DNA of 58,667 bases, the filler included, from Basidiobolus ranarum (taxonomy: Eukaryota): the NCBI GenBank assembly GCA_040143965.1. It is 4 parts of 4 records of this genome, joined end to end, with 100 filler letters (N's around TTAATTAATTAA, not from the genome) between each part and the next. Parts side by side here need not be neighbours in the genome. Positions count along the whole stretch, not along the records: positions 29,456 to 44,048 come from JASJQH010007295.1; positions 44,149 to 58,667 come from JASJQH010007296.1; 2 more parts are not named here. One strand, given 5' to 3'. Under the pieces are notes generated by a model. The model ran no database searches, was not told the DNA's origin, and worked only from the letters and a program-made list of their open reading frames with translations. This document shows, one piece after another, positions 38,601 through 50,806 of this stretch. The translations under genes were made by a program, and so were the position numbers. Numbering within the stretch: position 1 is the stretch's first letter; every line of letters starts with the position of its first letter.

Positions 38601-41600
38601 TAGTTAAAACTCTCTTAAAGTGGGAATCACAAGTTCAAAACAATATAACTCATGAGGACCTCAGCAACCAGCTTAAGAATACTGCTCATCATAAACGGTC
38701 TCATCGAAACGCAATAAAATGACGTCGAGCTGTACATGCAGTATGCCCTATATGGTTAACATATATTAGGGTTCCCGTTACCTTGCTAGGCAACCAAATC
38801 CGACACTTTTGGATACCACTGACCCACTTAAACTGAGGACATGCCTTTATTTGGAATGTTATCTCTCTATACTAAGGTCTGGAAGGCGCGTTTTGATTTT
38901 GGGGTATTGTCACGTGACTATATACAGGGTTGAATACAGTTACAATGCAGCCAATCCACCAGTCAAATTAAACTAACTATTATGATAAAATAAGCGAAAT
39001 TTATTAATGTTCGTGGATTAAATTCCATGGTAAAGGTGCAGATATGGATCTTTAGTGATGCCTACCACAACGGTTAGCCCTAAACTGAAGATACCGGAAT
39101 TCCCACACTTGTATAGTTGATATGTTCTAATACATGGACCAATGAGTATTTACGATCATCACCATTGCATGGTAGCCAATGGAGAAACTATGAATCCATG
39201 TAAATTAAGGACTAATATAGGTGAGGATTAACATGTGTCATCCTGTGCACTCATGATGACCAAGACAGGGCGTTTCAGATGCATAACTCACGGTTGATGG
39301 TAGCACGCAGCCGTCATTAGAATTCAAGAGGATATCCAAATTGATAGCTATTGGTATACTTGACAGTGAAGTGGGTCAATGGGTCAAGAGCCTTGCGAAG
39401 AAAGTCGGCAACTCGGCTGTAATAACAGGGATACTATTGGGTGTCGGTACATGTTCTACCCATCAAAGCTTTGTATGGTAGTCGGTGCTTGCCGTTAATG
39501 CAAAGGATATGTACTTTGCTATCAACTTGGCGTAGAGTCCCACGTATTTTCCGCTCCTTTAATGCAGTTATTTGATGATCTTTCACCAGTACTGGTTCTA
39601 TCAAATGAGAATTCACGAAAGTAATCAATAAATGCACATTTAATGCAAATTGGTGATACACATGAATTTGTTGGGTATTACAGAGCTTAAATGAATTTGA
39701 AACAACCCGATGGTAGATTAAGAATATAGGGTGCATTCCCTCAGTATTGATGCTCTGCAATGAGGTATGTCAGAGAATGTTATCTGAGCCAGAAATGCCA
39801 ATCTCGCAATAAAGTACAGATATGCATTAATTGTAGACGCATTTGGTCGCGTCGGATATGCATTGATGTCGAATGTGTCAGCAATTGACATCAACGAATT
39901 CTACCATCTAGCGTCGTCCAAGTATGATCCATAGCAAGGGATCATCTACGAAGATATGGATTAGGTTTCCAGGAAATATTTTTGAACATCACAAAAGCGA
40001 TGCCAATAAAATGCAGATAATCCCAGCTAAATTGTATCTTGTGTCTCAATCGTGCATTCCATTTGAAATTGCCCCTTCAAAAAATCCAAATCAAATTGTT
40101 ACTCTCCACCATTTAATCACTCTGGTGAGATCGATGCCAACTTGAACGTCATAATTGTTTGTGACTAGGGGTGAGAGGAGCACAAAGGAAAATGGCTTAA
40201 AAACCGAGCATATAAGGTACCTTAAATCGAGTTTCAGTAAGCCCATATTGTGTTGGTGTGGCATTTGTCAGACAGTGGAGAAATCACATACTTCACGCCA
40301 TGAGCAGAACATTTTTTAGTTTGATATAATCTGCTTACATTGGAGGAGGTTAGGTTTGGCCACAACTGATCTATAGTTACCGGTTCTGATCCAGATTGGT
40401 TACCTTTTGCCAGTCTAGGCTGGCCACATAAGCCATTTGCTGATCTATGTTTGATGCCTCCACTCACGATAAACGTGTGTAATCAGCAGCATAATGTTTC
40501 ACAGCTACTCGCGCATTCAGCAAACAAATCTTATGAATATCACATTCGATGGGGTAAAATCTTTTCTGCATATACTAGCAGCAAGCGTAATTTAAATCTG
40601 GGAGATGCGACAAGTGAACTCAAAGCTGGTTTGGAAAAACTCCACGCGTGGGATGTTTAGGATCAGATCCTGTTGCTTAGTCTTAAACTCATTCGTTAAA
40701 ATTGGAATACTGGAAGCTAACCTGTTCTCAATATAAGATGCTTATGAGAAGACTGGCCTAGAAAGCAGTAGCTGAGATGCGTTACAAGCCTGATAAATGT
40801 TGGGTGAGATTCTTGCAGCAACGGGAATCAACGGAATGTATGAAGAAATTAAGTTTCCAGAAACCAATTCCATATTAATACAGTTTCATTTTGGGACCTC
40901 CACATGAGCTATGAATAAGGTTATTGAGTCGAACATATCCACCTAATTGTAGTAGTTGGAGTCTGCCAAAAGCGCCTTGGATCCGGCTAAATAAAAACAG
41001 ACTTGATCAAAATTCACATTGAGATAACAAGTGTTGGAAGCATAGCACAGCCAAGTTAGCTCGTATGGCAACCTCATGTGATTTGGCATGGCAGCAAGCC
41101 ACCTGGAAGTATGGTGACACGAAAATTTGCCCGAGGAATCATTAAAACTTACAATCAAATGCTATGTGATGAAATGTCACTTAATTGACAAGTGTGTTGT
41201 AAAAAACATGATAGAAAATCACTTGCAAGTTCTAACAATCCTGATCCCTCACGGGCAATCTTGATTATCTCTAGTATTCAAAGCGCGCAAGAGCTTGGAC
41301 ACCCTAACAGGTGGGGATGGACCCGTACTAATGTCTTCATTCAGAATGGGTGCAGTACTTGGCTTACAGTGAATATCTGTTGTATATCTGATTCATTCTT
41401 ACGCAACAATTGGTAGACACACACTATTCTTAAGACTGCACTCTCTACGATATGGTGACATCCTTTTGGACGAGCTTCAGTGCTAAGTTTTCGTGTGAAA
41501 ACCAAGTATCCAATTCATTGGAATATCGGCGTTAGTAGCCTCGAAATCGACCGAATACTCAGTAAGTCAGTACCTGTGTTCATATGGTAATACTTGATGC

Positions 41601-42645
41601 ATAGTATCTAGTTGATTGCTAAATTCGATTGAAAAGCGTTGGTGATGACGAATAATAGTGCGATGTGGCCATAACTTATTATTAGATTATGGTAAAAAGA
41701 ATTGAAAACATCAATTAGTTAATCTGGAAATATGTGACTAATAAAGTGCACTGAAGTAGATTGCGTGTAACAGTGTCAGAGGCGTTCGCGACTAAATAAC
41801 GTTTAAGGATTCACATCTGCTCGTCGTTCAATTTAAGAGACTGCGTTTGTTAACTCCATCGATCCCTTTCCCTGTCAATATACATTTACTTGCTTCAAGA
41901 TCCCTTTTATCCTTCAAGCTTAAGTCTGGACCCCGCCAAGCAAAATTATCTATCAAGTGTGTATACAATAGCGTAGTACCAAAATGATTAACCTGAACGT
42001 TGTACAGTAAAACCAACATCTCTTTAGCAAGAACTGGTCTAACAACAAAATGGACAGTCCGGAGTCCTACGTAGAGTAGTATGCATAGTTCACTTGGGCT
42101 ACACAGCATCAACTATCGAGGCTCTTCATTCTAGCATCTTCGCTCTTGGATAATTCAAATCGAGGTCCCCCGATCTATCCATTGAATTACTCATACGTAT
42201 ACCCTGAACGCTAGGGCATCGGAGAACTGCAAAAGAAAGCATCTTATACTCTCGAGGTAAGCGCGCTTTTGTTCCTCACCAGAGTATATTTGGCTTTGCT
42301 GAGGGGTACTGAACAGAGGCTGCGGATATTCGGAGTGATCATGAATCTAAAGACACCTTGAGCTCTGCAACAAAGTCAAATATTCGCTCTGACTTAAGAT
42401 CAATAAATTTGTCACTCACTGAGCCAACTTTCACACAGTCAGATAGTACCACTCCATGATACATTCCTATATAAATATTCTTGTTGAAATTGATCAAATG
42501 GTAGAACAGCAGTATATGGCTTCTAAATCAATGTTTTATGTGTATATCTCGTTATATCCAGTTCCAAGATCCTGATTATTGTGTGCCCAATAAAATTCAA
42601 CTCGAGCGAGCAAGTGACACCTACCAACCATTCCATGAAGCGCCA

Positions 42646-42652
42646 TATAAAA
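42646..42652 (+). promoter_or_regulatory. Candidate TATA box of the homeobox gene
   Basis: TATAAAA about 160 nt upstream of ATG 42810, followed by a pyrimidine-rich leader. Confidence 0.35.
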
Positions 42653-42809
42653 GAGCACCCATCACTTCAATAGCATATGGGTTAGAAGAGATTTTGTTCT
42701 TATCATTTTAGTATATTTCCAATCTCCTTCTGAATTCTTGTCGTTTATAATCCCGCTACCCTGGTGTTAGCTTCTGTATAACTTCAGTATTATTTTACCA
42801 ACGTAGCAT

Positions 42810-43883
42810 ATGTCCAGGCCAACCTTTTTATCAACTGCCGCTAAGATGGATTCCTACAACTACGCCACTCTTCAGTCGAATAACCCCACTAGCGTTAGGG
42901 ATAGCCAGTCAACTTTTCCTCTTGATCCAAATCATCATCGGTATACAACCTACAAGGTATACAACAATGATTACCAACCGACCTGCTACCCCAAGCATAG
43001 TAGACCTGACCAAAGAGTTGGAATTCATGGAGCAGGCTCGCAGCATTCAAAGTCTTTTGCTTCAATGACCTATATTAACCCGAGCAGAGAGCCTCTCCAA
43101 GTCAATGCCAATAGCATTCCATCTTTTTCTTACAGTTCTCAAGAATCCTTTTCCCAGAATTTCCCTAACCTTCAACGAAATGCTCGAGAAATCGATCCTG
43201 TTCAGCACCTGTATCGCAATAACAGCACCCCAGCGTATGAGCAGGATCCCACTTTCTACTCAACAGGCCAAAATGGTGCAAATGTAGAGCTACAGCGCTA
43301 TCATCCTTATGACAAGCAATATATACCATCTGGGTATCTTTACGGAGGTGAAGAGGCACAAGGAACCTCACCAGTCAAACCCAAGCGTAAGAGGGCGAAC
43401 GCAAACCAATTAAAAGTTCTTAATCAACTATTCCAGCAAACGTTTTTTCCCTCGACCGAGCTTCGTATTGAATTGGGTAAGCAGTTGGGGATGAGCCCTA
43501 GAACGGTGCAGATATGGTTTCAAAATAAGCGTCAAGCGTGGCGTATACGCAATAAATTTTTCGCCGGCAAAGATGATGCCAAATTTGGTGATATTCCATC
43601 TTCACCAGAAACCAGTGCCACTACCACGCCTGTTATCGCCTCGCCCAAGTCTTCGACCTGCTCATCGCCCAAGCACTCCATGATGGCAAAAAACAGTGAC
43701 TGCCAACTTCCTCCTATTTTCAAGTTGAATTCGGCCACTGTCGTTGAGCATCATGAGAACCGTTTCACTCACTATACCGAGAGCCAAAGCACTACTAAAC
43801 TTGAGCGCCCTTTACTTCCATCTTTGAATGAAATCATTAAGCAAGAGCCGCGAACTATTGGGATGGGCTCGTTTTACTACTGA
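42810..43883 (+). CDS. Homeodomain transcription factor, intronless, 357 aa
   Basis: KPKRKRANANQLKVLNQLFQQTFFPSTELRIELGKQLGMSPRTVQIWFQNKRQAWR (canonical WFQN, Q50/N51). Confidence 0.93.
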   Translation: MSRPTFLSTAAKMDSYNYATLQSNNPTSVRDSQSTFPLDPNHHRYTTYKVYNNDYQPTCYPKHSRPDQRVGIHGAGSQHSKSFASMTYINPSREPLQVNANSIPSFSYSSQESFSQNFPNLQRNAREIDPVQHLYRNNSTPAYEQDPTFYSTGQNGANVELQRYHPYDKQYIPSGYLYGGEEAQGTSPVKPKRKRANANQLKVLNQLFQQTFFPSTELRIELGKQLGMSPRTVQIWFQNKRQAWRIRNKFFAGKDDAKFGDIPSSPETSATTTPVIASPKSSTCSSPKHSMMAKNSDCQLPPIFKLNSATVVEHHENRFTHYTESQSTTKLERPLLPSLNEIIKQEPRTIGMGSFYY

Positions 43884-44048
43884 TGAGGAGTTGTTTACAA
43901 TTTTACTAAGAGGGGAGAAGGTTTTTTCATACACCGATCCCAACTCCTTCACTTATATGTTCGTTACATTCACTTGATCCTTCTTAGATGAGTAAAGTTT
44001 GATACTTCAAGTGAAGGGAATTTTGAAAGCCCTGGCACGGTTTTTAGC

Positions 44049-44148
44049 NNNNNNNNNNNNNNNNNNNNNNNNNNNNNNNNNNNNNNNNNNNNTTAATTAA
44101 TTAANNNNNNNNNNNNNNNNNNNNNNNNNNNNNNNNNNNNNNNNNNNN
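44049..44148. other. Artificial contig-joining linker N44-TTAATTAATTAA-N44
   Basis: Identical to the other two linkers. Confidence 0.98.
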
Positions 44149-45859
44149 ATATATATATAATATATGTTCCGATTTTCAGCTAAGTGATATTTGACTAAGT
44201 AATGTTAACTAACTTATATGTGATATATGAAATAGTTAGGTGTATAAAGATAGAGATAACAAATATGATAAAGGCAATAAACTTCAACAACCAGAACATC
44301 TATACCCAGGCTCTCCACTTATCATTGTATATTACCTGAAATTAGGTTTTATAGCTGAATGATGCAGAATCACCATCCAAGAAAGAGAGTAAAAACTACT
44401 CAAAATTTAAACTTCATGTGCTTGAAGGTCAGATTAGCATCCATAACTTGCCTATATGTAATCTTGATACCAAATATTTAGCACATGAGGCATTTCCAAC
44501 TGAGGCCAATTATATGTTGCAAGCATCTTTTCCTCTCATTAATTCCAATGACGGATCCAGATCTCAACCTCAGAACAATAGCAAACAGTACACATGGCAT
44601 ATATGTATACATATGCATAAAGACCAAGTTGCTCACTGTTTCTCACCGTTTTAGAGTTCTAAGGGTCATTTTGTGCCTTGTGAATATTAGTTTGATCACG
44701 GGTTCGAATGATGTGGTCACCCATATTATAGATGATATAATAAGACTTATTCACACAGACTTTCCCATAGCGATATTGAGCATATATATATCACTTTAAC
44801 TGACCGGAAATGTCGGAGGTTCCTTCGTCATGGATACACAAGAACATGCACCGTATCCCATTATCTTTATCAATTAGCACTTCTCAGAACAGACCTTCTC
44901 ATAGAAACCCCTATTCATTGAGGGAACTTGGATCTGGTATTAATGAGTCGAAGACATATTTTGATTGTATACCGTACAGATCCTAAAAGTGCACTTGTAA
45001 GTATTTGGGGAGAGTTGTTGGTTGGCTTGTTGATTGTAAATTATCACTGCGAAATGTTTGCCACTCTACTCATTCTAGTATGATATTGGAGCAGTACTAG
45101 GGGGCAACAGACGAGAGCTCCTCACCAAATGATCACCTCGTACTCAAATTGTGCAGTCAATACTCACGCAGTAAACATTGCTTTTGATTAACAATTTTAA
45201 GTGGGTAGCATGCCGTATCAATTGATTCTTGGATTCTGCCTCATTAGTGTTGTTCCATAGGAACTTAGGCTGATAAGCTGATGACCGTGGGGATGCTTCA
45301 GAGCAAGTATGCTAGAAACTCGTCGTCAGCTATTTGCACATATTTGAATGGTTTCTTTATTCTTGATGCGAAATGGATTCAATTGCTAGCATCCTCTCAT
45401 CCTAACCTAATATAGGAGTACATTAGTGGAATTAGCACGGTAACCCGGATAGGCCGGTGACACAAGTGAGGTATTACTTAACCTCTCTTTTGCCTATTAG
45501 TGATTGATTTCAATCGCACTAAACATTAAGAAATACTGGGATTTTGAAATGCCACAAATAAATGACACTTGATCGTTTACCTGGCTTCAGCTTGGGTGAT
45601 GGGATTGGTTTACGTCAATTTAGGCTTTTATCACCAGCCTGTCAGATAAATACTGCCATTTGAGTCTAGAAACTCTTACAAATTTGAAATCAACTAATCA
45701 CGAACTTTTTTTGTGTGCAATATGTTTTGGTTTTTTTTCTAATTTTTCGATCTGGATAGTTTTGAAATTGACGTGAGCACAAAACGTAGCTGATTGCATT
45801 CCTTCTCTAGCACTTGTCTTATATTTGCAGCTATCTTGAGAAACAACGATTTATTGGAA

Positions 45860-48482
45860 ATGGTCAAACACTACAAGAAAGGAAACCTCTCTTTGCAGAA
45901 CAAAGGAAGACTGTAATTCTTTTATTTCTTTACCATTCAGGTTGAATAACTCTACTGACAGCTTATTTGCTTGCAACTTTCTAGTCCTTGGTATAGGTAA
46001 ATGTTTGCCGCGCTTGCTTAATTCTTCAAATTCACTTGTAAACGTATATTAATCCAATCATATGATTAACAGGAGTGACGGCCAAGTTTGCGATTGTTAC
46101 CTTGTAGGAGTTGCAGGTAATCATCCTCAGTCGTAATGGACCTCCTCACATTCTTTCTACAGCTCGTTTAACCTTTAACTCACTCAGGTGGTAGTGCCAG
46201 TGGAAAAACTAGTGTCTCTGAGTATCCTTTTGATCTTTAGCGTGAGATTGGCTTTGGCTGTCGAAAGTATGTGATTTTATCGTTAACTGTAATACAGGCG
46301 CATTATTCAGAATTTAGGAGTGCCTTGGGTAGTTGTGTTGAGTATGGATTCCTTTTATAAATCCTTAACACCCGAAAAAAAGCAGCAAGCCCTTGAAAAG
46401 TATGTAGACCTGTTTACTTAGCTCGCTGAACTTTGGCTTACCACTTAATCCATGCTCTAGTAACTATAACTTCGACCATCCTGATGCTTTTGACTACGAT
46501 ATACTTTATGAAAGTTTGAAGAAATTAAAACAAGGGTTAGCTTTACAATCGATGTACACTCCGGAAGCTCAACTGTGTAATAACTAAACTATAATTATAG
46601 AAAGAGTGTGGAGATCCCTGTATATGACTTCCAGACTCACTCTAGGTTAGTTGGCTCATAGTGTATAGTACTTGCCTTACTTCTGCTAATTTCTTTAGAC
46701 TCGACACCACTAAAACTATTTACGGGGCCAACGTAATTGTTTTTGAGGGAATCTTTGCCTTTTATTCCAAGGCGGTAATGGATCTTATGGATTTGAAGGT
46801 AATTCGCTATTCTCCATTTTACGAGCTCCAAACCATTCATCTCAAATACTTTACGTAATAGATTTTTGTAGACACAGACTCTGACATTCGTTTGGCTCGC
46901 AGACGTAAGATCAGCCAAGGTTCTCAATTCCCCAAAGAGAAAGAATAACCAGATTTGTTATTATTTAGTTCGTCGTGATATTTGTGAAAGAGCTCGTGAC
47001 CCTGCTGGCGTCCTTCAGGTGAATACTGATATTCTACTTGGAACAGTCAAGCCCTTCTCACTAACAACATGAATTGTATATTGATAGCAATATAACAGAT
47101 TTGTTAAGCCGTCGTTTGATGAGTACATTCAGCCAACCGTCAAGCATGCCGATGTTGTAAGTATAACAGTAAGAGGCACTACATGGAACCTGACCTTATC
47201 TAAAATGAATATTTAGATCATTCCTCGCGGCTTGGACAATATTGTTGCCATCGACCTCATAACCAAACATATGCAACGCCAGTTACAAGAAAGAAACCTC
47301 ATATTTAGAGAAAAGCTTGCCAACACTCCAACAAACAACTCTATTCCTTCCAACGTTACCGTTCTGAAGCAGACCAATCAATTGAAGGTACCATTTCCCA
47401 TTAGACAGCAGCTTAAGGCCCTTTGTGTCTCATACTCCTCCAGGGTTTGCATACAATTATTAGGGACAAAACCACATCCAGAGACGATTTTACTTTCTAC
47501 GCAAATAGATTGGTTACTTTGTTGATTGAAAGGTAGATTCAATTAATGCATCATACCTCGAGGAAGCCATATCAATTGAGTATACTCCATATCTAGAGGG
47601 CTTGAAGAGTTTGTTTTTGAAGACACCACCGTAACCACCCCGTGTGATGAAATCTACAAGGGAAAGGTTTTCAAGGCCGAACATCATGTACGTCAGAGTA
47701 ACTAACTCTACTTGAGATCAATGAACCAACTTATATTTTTCAGATTTGCGGTGTACCTATTCTCAGAGCAGGCTCAGCTATGGAGTCTGGCTTACGCCGA
47801 GTTTGCAAGGATGCAACCATTGGAAAGATCTTGATTCAAACCGACCCATCTACTGGTGAACCCCAGGTAAAGATTTCACAATCTTCTTTGCGTATAACTG
47901 AAAATTCACTCTTTTTACTTCAAGCTGCATTACTGCAAACTCCCCAGCGACCTTAGCAATTCTCATATTCTGTTGATGGTAGCTTTCAATGCTTTCTTAT
48001 GATCATAAAGTAGATATTGATCTAATTGGCTTGTAGGATGCCCAAATTGCCACCGGTGCAGCCGGAATGATGGCCCTTCGTGTGCTCTTGGACCATGATG
48101 TGCCTGAGGTTTGTGATGTAACAATGGAATCTATCAGTCTCCATCTTTGTAACCAGAGCATTTTGTTAGGATCGTATTGTCTTTTTGTCGATTCTTTCCA
48201 CACCTCAAGGTATATCTTAAATGAGTCTACAGCTTATAGCCACATACTAATCAAGGTGCAATTAGGTCTACATGCCATTTCTAAAGCATTCCCCAAAGTC
48301 AGAATAGTCACTTCTATGGTAGACCCTGGCCTCAGCCACAACCTGTTCATTGAGCCAGGCATGGGTAACTTTGGTGGTAAGTCCATACGAAAGGAACCTT
48401 CACTCACCAACGCCAAAGAATGTTGACACTAACTAATTCTCACTTGTTCATCGATTTAGATCGCTACTTTGGAACCGAGTAA
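45860..48482 (+). CDS. URK1: Uridine kinase with C-terminal UPRTase-like domain (Urk1/UCKL1-like), ~20 exons
   Basis: Spliced product: GRLPWY, P-loop [93 protein letters not shown]. Confidence 0.92.
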
Positions 48483-50545
48483 AGCGGAGTATCTTGAATT
48501 GATTTTTGTTCAAGCAGCATCAAAAATCCGAAGTCTCACTGTCCTTATCTTTCTATTATTCTATCTGGATCCCTAAAGACTATTTACACATTGATGCATA
48601 GATACATGAGCTGTCTTCATATATTATGGAATTAATAAAGTGGATTTCTTTGATTGTCTTAGAAAGAGTGTTCGTCTGGGAGAATCTAACCTGGGAAAGT
48701 CCCCATTGGAACTAGCATTGCCATTGAACCAAGATGGTAGATGATGCAGACAAATAGAGCCCTGGGCTTCTGATTGCGAATTCATGTTGGATTGAGCTTT
48801 TTTCAGTGTGGTTGAGGTAGCCTCAGGCGGGGCACATCGGGCAAACACTTAGGGTTAGTTGGATGAAAACCAGAGTTCTTGAATCGATTTGAAATAGCAC
48901 CATGACTACTGTCATTGATACTAGATATGTTCTTGTCGGCGACGCGATACCAACATGACAATACCATGATGAATTGGCAATCATCCGCTCTGTGCATCAT
49001 TATTTTTAAAGTCTGATACGTGATTTAGAGCAGATACATACGATTACAAGCAAGCTGCAACCTTGACTGATAAACGAACTTCCACGCAAGGTCTATAAGC
49101 AATGGGCGCACTCTCTTGATTAGGCGGTATCCCGTAGCTGATGAATATGTGATCGGGTCGGAAATACTAAGGCTATTTTACGCTGAATACTTGAGATCCA
49201 CTAACTGTTGACTTCTGCGCAAGTGTATCTATGATCTGATTGACACTTCACTTCGAGGACTCTACTTGATCTGGCATGAAAGGAACAGTAGTGTCTAAGA
49301 TTGAGCTTTGAGGCAGTGCTCTGTCATATATGCAGAATTTCAAGTCAAGTGTAAACAGCTTGCCTACATGATGCTAATGCATTCGCAATTCTATGTGCTG
49401 TTGAAAACTCTCATGATCGATAATGTAGCCACCGCCGTGTAGGGTCAGTAAGCCCAATATTATCACGTTTGACCATGTCTTCGTTGGACAGACGCCAATC
49501 TCAGATCATCCTAACCTTCATAATAGATTTGATCGTCTGTGTCAAGCAGGTCGGATGTTATGCGTAAATCAGATCACTTAAAATACAGCCATGTACTGTG
49601 GTGGTTTGCCGATAAACAGAATAGCATAATTTCATTGCGCCTCTGGCCTAGAATGGTAAATCTGATTTGAGAGACCGTGGGGGAGGGGGTCAGCAACTAA
49701 GCAGGTTACTTACAAGAATACCCTATAGGTCTACCCAAAAAGAGCCTGATATGGCCTATTTGATTGGATTCACACTAATTTAGTACTTTTGCATCTTGTA
49801 TCGGATTTTTTGGAACAACGAGCTCTCCAAGAGATTTCCATTGATCCATTCTTCAATCCTCAATCCGAGTCTCAACTTGGCGATGGAAGGAATCTCCAGT
49901 GAAAAGGGCTAAATGAAAATCTGGCTTAGATGTAGTATCGGATCGCTGTGTTCGTTGTGTCATTGAGGGAATCGATACTGAGATTAGCAACAGTGTTGGT
50001 GGCAAGTGTTTGGAGAGAAACAACCATTCACTGTGGCTACCGAATGAATGAAAAAGTCAACATCCAAGATGCCCGCAGAGAAGCAGAGGCTCTAGAGTGT
50101 GGATGGCTTAGCTGTGATCCTAGTAATTCGCCTTTCCAACCATGAACCAAGCAAATGAAGAGCAGCAGGTCACTAATAATGGCATCTGCAGTTAACTTGC
50201 TACACACCTTAAATCACTGTTAATAAATGGCGTACGCATGCATCTTTATTTCCCTTGCAGGGGTAAGGTTTTATTGCACATTGTCAGGTGAGATTGAATA
50301 AGCATACAGTCTGGAAAGGGTAGAAGACCATCAACAGTTTCACTTTCCTCAGATAGTATAAATATACTTGAGTGGAATGTAATGAGGGTATTTCGTATTT
50401 GAATTTTGCCCATATTGCCTGTATTCCTTCTTGGTCCTCTTTAGCAATTCACTGATACCCACGGCACACAGGCTCAGCATAGCTATCCTATTCCGAATCG
50501 TTGATTTCTTTGGGGATTAGATCTGTTGGGTTGATCCTAAAGCCC

Positions 50546-50806
50546 ATGCAAATGAAAGACAAACCAGTAGTCATCGATGAGGCCACGTTCAAACCGATCC
50601 TTCTCAAGCGTAAAGGCGAGGATGAGAGCAGTAAGAATAAGACTGACTATAAGCGAGTACGTAAATCTTTGATGTTAAGCTTGGAAACGATGGAACGTTT
50701 CTTGGCTTCTAAACAAAAGTATCCAGAGTATCGGGACTTTTCCAACGACCGATATTTACTTTACCTGTTGGAGCTTGAGAATCAATCAAGAGATGAACTT
50801 TCTTAG
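50546..50806 (+). CDS. Small basic hypothetical protein (86 aa) with ribbon-helix-helix-like C-terminus
   Basis: Open frame with protein-like composition, a basic patch KRKG...KRVRK and a strand-helix-helix pattern. Upstream exons were not identified. Confidence 0.5.
   Translation: MQMKDKPVVIDEATFKPILLKRKGEDESSKNKTDYKRVRKSLMLSLETMERFLASKQKYPEYRDFSNDRYLLYLLELENQSRDELS

Noticed and set aside
40234..40250. TCAGTAAGCCC(A)ATATT shared with ~49445
   Set aside because: About 16 nt and the flanks do not align; compatible with chance.
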